This document shows, piece after piece, positions 46,761-56,656 of a stretch of DNA of 64,000 nt. The translations under genes were made by a program, and so were the position numbers. Source of the DNA: Deltaproteobacteria bacterium (GTDB lineage Bacteria; Desulfobacterota; Desulfarculia; Adiutricales; Adiutricaceae). The notes beneath the pieces were generated by a model that saw only the letters and a program-made list of their open reading frames with translations, did no database searches and was not told the DNA's origin. Each line of letters opens with the position of its first letter. Within the stretch, counting starts at the first letter, position 1. The stretch lies in contig JAITII010000111.1 of NCBI GenBank assembly GCA_031279515.1, positions 103 to 64,102 on the forward strand, given 5' to 3'.

Positions 46761-47902
46761 CATTCACACTTGGTATTTTGGGAGGAGGCCTCCAGGGACT
46801 GGAAGCCGCCCTCATAGCCAAGCTTTCAGGTTGGAACACCGTAGTGATGGACGGGAAAGATATGGCGCCAGCGGCCAAACTGGCAACAAAATTTGTTGCC
46901 AAAAAAGCCCAGACCATTCTGGACCTAGAGAATTCTTTCCATAATTGCGATGCTATCTTGCCTGCCAATGAGAACCTTAGCTCATTGGAACTTGTGGACA
47001 AGTGGCACAAGTTGGGCTCTTCCCCACCTGTGGCCTTTGATCTTAAATCCTTTAGGATCTCTAGGGATAAAGAAAAATCCAAAAAGCTCTTCCTAGAGGC
47101 CCAAGCGCCCGTGGCGGCTAGCTATCCAGGATGCGACTTTCCTTTAATTGCCAAACCCACAGACAGAAGCGGCAGCCAAGGGGTTACGCTCATAAAAAAT
47201 AAAGAGGAACTGGAAAGATTATTCCCAGAAGGCAATACTAAAGGCTATCTTTTTGAAGAGTATTGCCCTGGACCATCATATTCACTGGAACTTACGGGAA
47301 AACCGCACAACTATAAGACCTGGGTTGCCACCTATCTGGAGATGGACAGTAGCTATGACTGCAGGGCCGTGTGGTCACCTGTGGCGGATGCGGCTTTAGA
47401 AGAGAGCTTTGCGGCAATATCTGTTGCTCTGGCAGAAAAACTGGAGCTTATTGGGCTCATGGATATTGAAGTTATAGACACACCTAAAGGCTTAATTGTT
47501 CTGGAGATAGATGCCCGCTTTCCTAGCCAGACTCCGGTGGCTGTCTACCTATCTTCGGGGGTAAACCTTTTAGCAGAACTACTCTCCCTTTTCACAAAGG
47601 ATGTCCCGCAAGAGCTACAAAAAGAGCCTATGTTTTCACTTTTGGAACACTTAGACGTCAAAAATGGACAGATGTCCCTGATGGGCGAGCATAGGATCGC
47701 CCAAGCAAGGCCCCTATCCCTCAAAGAAAATTTTTTTGGGGCACCCTTGGCCTTAACGGACATGGAAGAAGGGGACACTAGTTTTGCCGCTACTATTATT
47801 TGCAGAGCAAAGACCCAAGCTATGCTAAAGCAGCAAAGGCGAGAGATCTATGAGCGGCTAGGGTTGCACCTGGGAACCAATGTGCCCAAGGAAATCGAAT
47901 AA
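46757..47902 (+). CDS. pylC: Pyrrolysine biosynthesis ATP-grasp ligase PylC
   Basis: 381 aa with N-terminal GILGGGLQGLEAA, LPANENL, FRISRDKEKSKKLF and LEIDARFPSQTP, the last nearly identical to archaeal PylC as I recall it. It forms an ATGA overlap with the pylB stop. Confidence 0.93.
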   Translation: MTFTLGILGGGLQGLEAALIAKLSGWNTVVMDGKDMAPAAKLATKFVAKKAQTILDLENSFHNCDAILPANENLSSLELVDKWHKLGSSPPVAFDLKSFRISRDKEKSKKLFLEAQAPVAASYPGCDFPLIAKPTDRSGSQGVTLIKNKEELERLFPEGNTKGYLFEEYCPGPSYSLELTGKPHNYKTWVATYLEMDSSYDCRAVWSPVADAALEESFAAISVALAEKLELIGLMDIEVIDTPKGLIVLEIDARFPSQTPVAVYLSSGVNLLAELLSLFTKDVPQELQKEPMFSLLEHLDVKNGQMSLMGEHRIAQARPLSLKENFFGAPLALTDMEEGDTSFAATIICRAKTQAMLKQQRREIYERLGLHLGTNVPKEIE

Positions 47903-47915
47903 CCCTAAGGAGTAT

Positions 47916-47941
47916 GGGGTATGGGTAAGGGGTATGGGTAA
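47916..47941 (+). repeat. Perfect 13-bp tandem repeat (GGGGTATGGGTAA x2) forming a canonical G-quadruplex motif
   Basis: The sequence is GGGG-TAT-GGG-TAA-GGGG-TAT-GGG, read directly. It begins 14 nt after the pylC stop codon. Confidence 0.6.
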
Positions 47942-48921
47942 CATTTCTATTTTCGCATTTAATTAGATGGATATTAGAGTGCATTAAAAAATAGTATGCT
48001 CTCAAGGTGCCATCACTTTTTTATAAAGTATAGCCCTCGTAGAAGTTAAGATATTTTAAATCAAAAAAATATCGCCTCTTGTAAGCTGATTTTTTTTGGT
48101 AAATAAAATTTATCCCCCTTTTTATATAAGATACATAAAAAAATTAGGGCCATAGTGCTTTCCATTACTAGAAAGATTTTTTCTCATTGTTCTATAGATC
48201 ATAGCATTTGGAATATTTATTAAAATATTTAAAAAATACGAAAAAGGCTTAAAAAAATTTTTTATAGCATTAAATCTTTTAATAGTAGAATTTTAGCCCC
48301 TGGGGCAAGTTAAATTATTTGCCCTCTTTAGCTAGTTTATTAATCTAAAATAGGATCTCTATCCCGGCCAAGGGAGCTGGCAAGTACTCTTGGATAAGCC
48401 GGCCAGTTAAAAAAGCTCTGGGCTAGCCAGCCCCAAGAGTCTCAGGCAAAGCCGCAAAGCCTCATGGGTATGCCATGGCACAAAGACCATTTTCTGGAAT
48501 TATAACTTGGTTTTTTCTCCTTGAGCCCGGGCCTTCTAAACTACCCCCATTTTTTTATCTGTTTAATCCCTAGCTTTACCAGGGGTTTAGAAATCCTAGG
48601 CCAAAAAACTGCGAAAGGAAGCAAAATTTTTATTATACTAGAATTAGAGAAAGATTATAATTTATTAGCTTATTATGCGTAACATAACTAATGAACGCAT
48701 ACTTATAAAATTTAGCTAATAGCCTAATTAAGAAGAATTTGCCGATATATCTTTAGTTCTGAGGGCAAGAAAACTAGACTGGTCTTATCATCTTGACTTT
48801 ATCCCTATAAATGTAGATAATCGATATTTGCTTTATTCCAAATTCTAAGCTAAAAAGAGTTCCAGCTCGCCTGGAATTGCCAAGCCTAAGTCTACTTACC
48901 ATCTTTTTTCCAAGGAGGCCA

Positions 48922-48972
48922 ATGGAAAGTGCCAGGGTACACCCTAGCAGTCCAGTACAATTAAAAACATGA
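48922..48972 (+). CDS. Candidate 16-codon leader uORF (MESARVHPSSPVQLKT) translationally coupled to the EF-G paralogue
   Basis: A strong SD (AAGGAGG) lies just upstream of ATG 48922, although the spacing is short. The uORF stop TGA (48970-48972) overlaps the EF-G ATG (48969-48971) as ATGA. The EF-G ATG has no SD of its own. Confidence 0.35.
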   Translation: MESARVHPSSPVQLKT

Positions 48973-51050
48973 AAGACGTCCAGAAACAGAGAACCGTTAG
49001 TTTGATCTCCCATGGAGGGGCCGGCAAGACCAGTTTGGCCGAGGCCTTTTTATACTTTACCAAGGTTTCCAGCCGCCTAGGTTCCGTGGCGGACGGCACC
49101 AGCTGCCTGGACTTCGAGCCCGAGGAAATCAAGAGAAAGAGCTCCTTATCCACCTCCTTCCATAGCGTACCTTGGAAGGGATGCCAGATAACCTTCGCAG
49201 ACACACCGGGTGGCGAGAACTTCTTAAATGACACCCGCACGGTAATGGAGGGCACAGATGGCGCCCTGGTCCTGGTGGATGCAGTTGACATGGTCAAGGT
49301 CTCCACAGAAAAGGGTTGGGCTTTCGCCGACTACTTAAACCTCCCGCGTCTTATTGTCATCAACAAGATGGACAAGGAAAGGGCCGACTATTACAGGACC
49401 ATTGACAGCATCACGGAGAACTTCACAAGCCCCAAACCCATACCCATAGCCATTCCCATAGGCGCTGAGGACAAGTTCACCGGCACGGTGGATCTCTTGA
49501 AAAACAAGGCCTATAGCTTTGATGCTCAAGGGAAGCCCACTGAACAGCCCATAGATGGAAACTTACAACCCCTAGTGGCCCAGTGGCGGGAAAAGCTTGT
49601 GGAAACCATCAGCGAGACGGACGACGCACTCATTGAAAAATACCTGGAAGGTCAAGAAATATCAGCCGAAGAGTTGGATAAGGCCCTAAAGGAGGCTGTA
49701 AAGGCAAATAAAATCGCCCCTATCCTCCCAGCAGGCGCTCTAAAGCTCATTGGGATCTCTGGTATCTTAGAGGCTATCTTAGGGCTCCTGCCCTCTCCGG
49801 CAGCCAGAGGTCCGGTGGAAGGCCATAGCCCCAGCGATCCGGTACAGCCATTTTTAAAAGAGCCCAGCGTAGAGGCCCCTTTCTCTGCCCTGGTTATCAA
49901 GACCACTGTAGACCCCTTTGCTGGACAACTCACTATCTTCCGTATCTTTTCCGGCACTTTGGCCCCAGATAGCGGTTTTTTAAACGTCACAAGGGGTCAA
50001 AAGGAGCGCTTTGGGCAACTCTTTACCTTGGAGGGCAAGAACCAGAAGTCCATAGAGGAAGCGGGCCCAGGAGACATAGTGGCTGTGGCCAAACTCAAGG
50101 TCACCCAGACCGGAGACAGCATAACCGACGAGGCTAGCCCTGTCATCTTTAACGCCCTTCCCCCCATGGAACCTGTGGTATCCTTTGCCGTTGAGGCTAA
50201 AAACAAGGGCGATGAGGAAAAGGTCTTTGCCTCTATCAATAAAATGACCCTAGAGGACGTAACCTTGCGTCTGAACCGCAACAATCAGACCAAGGAGATG
50301 ATCCTTTCAGGTATGGGCCAGGTCCATCTGGATGCCACCCTGGAAAAGATAAAGCGCAAATACAATGTGGAGGTCATCTTAAAGGCTCCCAAGGTGGCCT
50401 ACAAGGAGACCATCAAAGGCAGGGCCAAGGTCCAAGGCAAGTATAAAAAGCAAACCGGTGGCAAAGGCCAGTATGGCGACTGCGTGATAGAGCTAGAACC
50501 CCTGCCTAGGGGAGAAGGCTTTATCTTTGAAGACAAGATTGTAGGGGGAGTCATCCCCAGGCAATTCATTCCAGCAGTGGAAAAAGGCATAGTGGAAGCC
50601 ATGGCCGGAGGCGTAGTGAGCGGTAACCCAGTTGTGGACTGTAAGGTTGCACTGGTCTTCGGCAGCTATCACGATGTGGACTCCTCAGAAATGGCCTTCA
50701 AGATAGCCGGCTCCATGGCCTTTAAAAAGGCCTTCTTAGAGTGTAAACCCACCATCTTGGAACCCATCATGCTCTTGACTGTCACCGTCCCCGATGAGTT
50801 CATGGGTGATGTTATGGGTGATATCTCTAGCCGCAGGGGCAAACTATTAGGCACCGAAAGCCACGGGAAAAAGCAAGTCATAAATGCCCATGTACCTCAA
50901 ATGGAGCTCTTGACCTATTCACCGGTACTCACTTCCATGACAGGTGGTCGCGGCTCCTTTTCCCTGGAATTTGCCCACTATGACGAAGCGCCGGCACCGG
51001 TACGAGACAAGGTTATCTCCGAATATAAGCCCCAGGAGGAAAAGGAATAG
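48969..51050 (+). CDS. Elongation factor G family GTPase (EF-G paralogue)
   Basis: 693 aa with G1 SHGGAGKTS (not the canonical AHIDAGKT), G3 DTPGGENF and G4 INKMDK. EF-G domains II-V are recognisable (..GQVHLD.., ..YKKQTGGKGQYGD.., ..HDVDSSEMAFK..). Confidence 0.9.
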   Translation: MKDVQKQRTVSLISHGGAGKTSLAEAFLYFTKVSSRLGSVADGTSCLDFEPEEIKRKSSLSTSFHSVPWKGCQITFADTPGGENFLNDTRTVMEGTDGALVLVDAVDMVKVSTEKGWAFADYLNLPRLIVINKMDKERADYYRTIDSITENFTSPKPIPIAIPIGAEDKFTGTVDLLKNKAYSFDAQGKPTEQPIDGNLQPLVAQWREKLVETISETDDALIEKYLEGQEISAEELDKALKEAVKANKIAPILPAGALKLIGISGILEAILGLLPSPAARGPVEGHSPSDPVQPFLKEPSVEAPFSALVIKTTVDPFAGQLTIFRIFSGTLAPDSGFLNVTRGQKERFGQLFTLEGKNQKSIEEAGPGDIVAVAKLKVTQTGDSITDEASPVIFNALPPMEPVVSFAVEAKNKGDEEKVFASINKMTLEDVTLRLNRNNQTKEMILSGMGQVHLDATLEKIKRKYNVEVILKAPKVAYKETIKGRAKVQGKYKKQTGGKGQYGDCVIELEPLPRGEGFIFEDKIVGGVIPRQFIPAVEKGIVEAMAGGVVSGNPVVDCKVALVFGSYHDVDSSEMAFKIAGSMAFKKAFLECKPTILEPIMLLTVTVPDEFMGDVMGDISSRRGKLLGTESHGKKQVINAHVPQMELLTYSPVLTSMTGGRGSFSLEFAHYDEAPAPVRDKVISEYKPQEEKE

Positions 51051-51074
51051 GCTTTTTTTCTCCCTTAAATATTC

Positions 51075-51108
51075 CCCGGCAAAGACCAGTTCTTTGCCGG
51101 GTTTTTTT
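51075..51108 (+). terminator. Rho-independent terminator after the EF-G paralogue
   Basis: CCCGGCAAAGAccagtTCTTTGCCGGG followed by TTTTTTT. Confidence 0.85.
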
Positions 51109-51211
51109 GTTTTAGCTAATATTTTTTTAAACTGATGATTAAGACTTCAGGGGAGCTATTTGTTGCTATAGTCAAAAATATTTTATAAAATAAAAATTCT
51201 TAGCCCGCATA

Positions 51212-51240
51212 TTGACACCTATAATTGATACCTCTAAACT
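51212..51240 (+). promoter_or_regulatory. Candidate sigma-70 promoter (TTGACA-17 nt-TAAACT)
   Basis: A consensus -35 (51212-51217), a 17-nt spacer, then a -10-like TAAACT (51235-51240). An overlapping TATAAT occurs at 51220-51225. Confidence 0.4.
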
Positions 51241-51246
51241 AAACAT

Positions 51247-51359
51247 GGCTTATAAATAATCTCCAAACTTAAGCCGCAGGAAAATAGAAATAATCCATCT
51301 TTTTTCTAATCCGTAGTACCCCCTGGCAAAACAGAAAAGTCTTGCCAGGGGGTTTTTTT
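51247..51359 (+). ncRNA. Candidate small RNA (~110 nt) defined by promoter and terminator
   Basis: It lies between two terminators. It ends in a perfect 11-bp stem, CCCCCTGGCAA(12 nt)TTGCCAGGGGG, followed by TTTTTTT (51319-51359). It holds no meaningful ORF (only MAYK). I recognise no family. Confidence 0.3.
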
Positions 51360-52693
51360 GTGGCAAAAAACTAGGAAAGCTTTAATTAATGGGACAAAAA
51401 TTAAGAAAATACATACTACTTTATAATCTAAAAAACATTAGAAAATATTAAAAATAGATTTGTCATAAATCATCGACTTAAAGGGAGCCAGAAATATTAA
51501 GCTGAAAATGGTTCTAATAGGAAGCAAAAACTAGCCTCTGTAAGGCCTCTTGGTCTACTAGCTCTTCCGATGTATACTTCTGCCCTTTACGCAGATGAGA
51601 TAAGTTTTGAAAGACCCAAAGCTGAGAGTACTAAAGGGAGGCTTTTAAAGGCACATTTCTTTGTGGCAAAAGCCTTAGCTAAAGGCAATGATCACTCAGA
51701 TGGGATAAGCTATATCGCATTTTTAAAAACTCACGATGTGGTGACTATCACGCTTTACGGGAGGCTTTTGCTAGGCACTACCTAGATAGCTTGTGGCTTT
51801 CTTTTTACAAAAAACGCGTTCCTTTAGCTATATTTTTTAAATTTATCAGTAAGATGCTCTAATAAAAAACGAATTTTTAGGCTAAAACGCCGTATCATAT
51901 CTAAAATACAGGACAATATTTAGCTGTGTCAGAAAGATAATATGGGTTTCCATGCTAAATTTAGGTAAAAACTTTAAAATAAAGCATATCACTCTAATTA
52001 CCTTCTTTGCTAGATATTTCCATACCCATATTGCAGGAAATAGTTTTAAAACAAGCTAAGTCGCAATATCCATCCAAGCCTCTGATTCTAGAATTGCTAG
52101 CTGCGCTTACCCAGCCCTTTAAAAGGACAAGGTTAAATTATGGATTGGCATGGGCTATGGCCCCTGGAATTCGAAGAAAGATGATGGGAAGAATAATGGG
52201 GCTACTACTAGCGGAGCTAGTGCTTATGGAGAGTTGAGGCAAAACTAAGTCCTACAGACGATATCACAATTTCTCTTTCAGCTATGAAAAAGCCGGCAAA
52301 GGCAAAGCTTGGGCTTTTTAGTTTTCGCCTTTGGCTTATGAGTAATAACTTGCAAGCTATAGCCTTTCTTAGCTTTTTGGGGCTAAAAAAAGCTTTAATA
52401 GGAAGAGCCCGTACATCTCTAGATAAGGAGGGCCTATCTACTTTCCCCTAAAGGCTTAAGGCTAGGGCCCCATTAGGACTTGATTTCTTGTGCTCATTAA
52501 ATTAAGATGCCCCATATAAGGGCCTAGAGCACTAAGCATAAGCTCCTACCACAAGATGACTTTGTGCCTTAAGGCCTTGGATTTCCCTTTCCATAGCCTA
52601 TAATATCCCTAAGCCAATAAGTTTTTCCCCCACTATGGAAATGAGATTCCAGATATACCCTAGGTACTATCTACAGCTTAAGGACATTTTTAG

Positions 52694-53323
52694 ATGCCTG
52701 AAACTATCTCCTCACACCTGAAAAGATCCGCTCTTTGCCTCTTCCTTTTTTGCGGATTTTTTCTTTTACCAGCCTGTACTGTAAAGCCCATCCACAGCGA
52801 AACCCAGCCCGTTGAGGCCAATATAGGCCCAGTGCGTGCCGTCATTGAACATGGCGACTGGGTGGTAATCAGAGGGGTGACAGGACCGGACAACCTCATA
52901 GGGGCTGCCTCCAACATGCCATTTTCCCACGCCTCTATCTATGATGCTGAAAACGACCAGGTGATTGAGGCAGACAGACACGGTGTGCACCTAACACCAC
53001 TAGCGGATTATCTGGGCTCAGGCTCCAGGGTCTGGATTCTCAAACCAATGTGGGCAACAGCTGAGACTAGGCCCTTGGCTATTGAAGCGGCCCGCGCCCT
53101 TGTGGGCAAACCTTATGACTTCACAGGGGTTATCGGCCTGGGCTTACCTGATAGCTACTACTGTTCGGAGTTGGTAGTGAGCGTCTGGAAACCCTACATG
53201 GGGAAAAATCCCAATCAAAACCCCATTCCCATAGTCATCTCACCGGGCCGCCGCCACCACTGGGGGCGGGTGGTCTATGATTCTATGGAAATTGGCCTTG
53301 GGGTTGTGCCAAAGGGCAAATAG
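52694..53323 (+). CDS. YiiX/YaeF-like permuted papain-fold (NlpC/P60-superfamily) lipoprotein
   Basis: 209 aa with a signal peptide and lipobox (LLPAC) and motifs GDWVVIRG, SHASIY, KPYDF and SYYCSELV. Confidence 0.65.
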   Translation: MPETISSHLKRSALCLFLFCGFFLLPACTVKPIHSETQPVEANIGPVRAVIEHGDWVVIRGVTGPDNLIGAASNMPFSHASIYDAENDQVIEADRHGVHLTPLADYLGSGSRVWILKPMWATAETRPLAIEAARALVGKPYDFTGVIGLGLPDSYYCSELVVSVWKPYMGKNPNQNPIPIVISPGRRHHWGRVVYDSMEIGLGVVPKGK

Positions 53324-53492
53324 CTATAAAGAAAGCCTAAGGTTTATCTTCTTTCTCCTTGTTACCAAAAGGCGAGCAAGTAACTACTAAAGCAAAAAGC
53401 CTTTATTTTATCTACTTATCTTTACAGAAAAGAAAATATTTTTGGCTTCTAGAGAGAAATATTGCTAGAAAGCTGGGGATTTTTAAAGAGAC

Positions 53493-53525
53493 AAAAAAGC
53501 CCCCGAAACATTATTCGAGGGCTTT
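53493..53525 (-). terminator. Rho-independent terminator of the atp operon
   Basis: The minus-strand RNA reads AGCCCTCGAAtaatgTTTCGGGGGCT followed by TTTTTT, about 80 nt after the atpC stop. Confidence 0.65.
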
Positions 53526-53606
53526 GCTATTGGGGATCATTCTAGTTCCAAAGGAAAAACAAGTAAAAAAGGCATTGCCAAAAAAAGAGGCGTTCTAAAA
53601 GGACAT

Positions 53607-54095
53607 TTAGATATTCTTGCCTTTCTTGCTCTTGGCGTAATTTAATCTGGCGACGGATTTTTGGAGCTGGATCTCAAGATCATTTATCTCTATAGCTCCG
53701 CGAGCCCCTTCAGGTAACTTACCAGCATCTTCCAACTGCTTTAAGATTTCCTTCTGCCTTTCCCTCTCTTCTTCCTCAGTCACCTCGGAAGCCAGATAGG
53801 CATCTTCCGCCAGGACAGTAACCCGGTCAGGGAGAACCTCGACATAGCCTTTACAGACATAATATGTTATCTCTTCACCGGCTGGGGTGCGGTACCAGAC
53901 CTCTATGCCGCGGTCTAAGCGTTGGCCGTCCTTGTATTCGAAAAATACCTTAGTGTCCGTCAGAAAGGGCTCATGTCCGGGACGGGCATTGAAAGTCCCT
54001 TGAGAACCCACAACATTGACAGCTATGGCATCTGCGCCTTCCACCAGGGCCCCGTTGGGACTAACCAGGGTAAACTTAAAGGGTTTATCGCTCAT
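53607..54095 (-). CDS. atpC: F1 ATP synthase subunit epsilon
   Basis: 162 aa with an N-terminal beta-sandwich (FKFTLVSPNG...) and a C-terminal helical hairpin. It is the last gene after atpD. Confidence 0.9.
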   Translation of the reverse strand: MSDKPFKFTLVSPNGALVEGADAIAVNVVGSQGTFNARPGHEPFLTDTKVFFEYKDGQRLDRGIEVWYRTPAGEEITYYVCKGYVEVLPDRVTVLAEDAYLASEVTEEEERERQKEILKQLEDAGKLPEGARGAIEINDLEIQLQKSVARLNYAKSKKGKNI

Positions 54096-54206
54096 AGGGT
54101 GCTCTTTTCATAGTGTTTTTAGCCTCTGGCTCGTTCGGGGTTAGCGAAAAAGCCAGGCGCCTTTAAGGTATTTACATATCAAAAAAGGCGCTTAGCTACA
54201 AATGCC

Positions 54207-55652
<1,446 letters not shown>

Positions 55653-55681
55653 TTAGATTAAAAGTTTGACTCTATGCCGCT

Positions 55682-56605
55682 TTAACCGTTCAAGGCTTCG
55701 CAGCCGTTTACTATATCCAAAAGCTCGGTAGTCACAGCGGACTGGCGGGCCTTGTTGTAAGCCAATGTGAGACTCTCAATAATATCTTTGCAACTTCTGG
55801 AGGCGTTGTCCATAGCCTGCATGCGCGAAGCATTCTCAGAAGTAACGGACTCCAAATAAGCTCTGTAGAGCTTTATGGTAAGGCTCTGGGGGATGAGGCC
55901 GGAAAAGAGATCGTCAGGTTCCGGCTCTATGAGATAGTCCAGCCGGGAGTTCAAGAACTCTTTCTTATCTTCCTCAGAGGCGTCTTTGGCTGGAGTATCC
56001 TCTAAATCCTCCGGTGGGACCAAGGGGAGAAAGAGGTCAGAGACCACCGGATGGTGATGCACGGAGATAAACTTCGTATAGACTAAGGATATCTCCTTAT
56101 AGGTATCTTCCGTGGTGGAGGTATAAGATCTCACTATCTCTTCGTTGGTCCTGCTGGCAAAGTTGAAGCTAAACATATTGCTAAGCCCCTGGACCTTTTT
56201 TACCAGCTTCACATTGCGCCGCTGATAATACTCGCAGCCCTTGCGCCCCAGGACAAAGAGGGAGGGCTCTAAGCCTTCCTTCCTGGACTCTAGGATCTTC
56301 TTGTCCACCAGGTTAAAGATATTGGCATTAAAGCTGCCGCACAATCCTTTATCCGAGGTAAAAAGGATTATGAGAGATTTGTCGCTCTGTTTGCCGGGCT
56401 TTAAGATGCTTTCCGCTTGGATCTTGGATCTCTTTCCTATCTCAGATAGGAGGCGCCCATACTCATCTGCGTATTTCTGAAAGTGCTCGGTTACCCCTTG
56501 GATGGTACGCAGTTTCGCCGCAGCCACCATGTTCATGGCCTTGGTGAGCTTCTGGGTCTGCCGCACGGCTCCGATGTGGCGCTTTATGTCTTTAAGAGAG
56601 GCCAT
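55682..56605 (-). CDS. atpG: F1 ATP synthase subunit gamma
   Basis: 307 aa with N-terminal MASLKDIKRHIGAVRQTQKLTKAMNMVAAAKL and C-terminal QSAVTTELLDIV. Confidence 0.95.
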   Translation of the reverse strand: MASLKDIKRHIGAVRQTQKLTKAMNMVAAAKLRTIQGVTEHFQKYADEYGRLLSEIGKRSKIQAESILKPGKQSDKSLIILFTSDKGLCGSFNANIFNLVDKKILESRKEGLEPSLFVLGRKGCEYYQRRNVKLVKKVQGLSNMFSFNFASRTNEEIVRSYTSTTEDTYKEISLVYTKFISVHHHPVVSDLFLPLVPPEDLEDTPAKDASEEDKKEFLNSRLDYLIEPEPDDLFSGLIPQSLTIKLYRAYLESVTSENASRMQAMDNASRSCKDIIESLTLAYNKARQSAVTTELLDIVNGCEALNG

Positions 56606-56656
56606 TTTTCACCTTTATTTGACAAGCAATTTGTCATGATTGAAAGTACCTAGCGT

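Noticed and set aside
48969-51050. The EF-G paralogue near the pyl cluster as a dedicated Pyl-insertion factor, by analogy with SelB for selenocysteine.
   Set aside because: Established knowledge says Pyl-tRNA is delivered by ordinary EF-Tu. This protein is EF-G-like, not EF-Tu/SelB-like. It is separated from pylC by ~1 kb of non-coding DNA, and such EF-G paralogues are common in genomes without pyl.
51570-52237. ORFs 51570-51785 (71 aa) and 52007-52237 (76 aa) in the 1.3-kb gap before the YiiX-like gene. Other small track ORFs of the same kind are 15365-15547, 22975-23232 and 53359-53598.
   Set aside because: They have no RBS, no recognisable motifs and an AT-rich context. There is insufficient support to call them genes.
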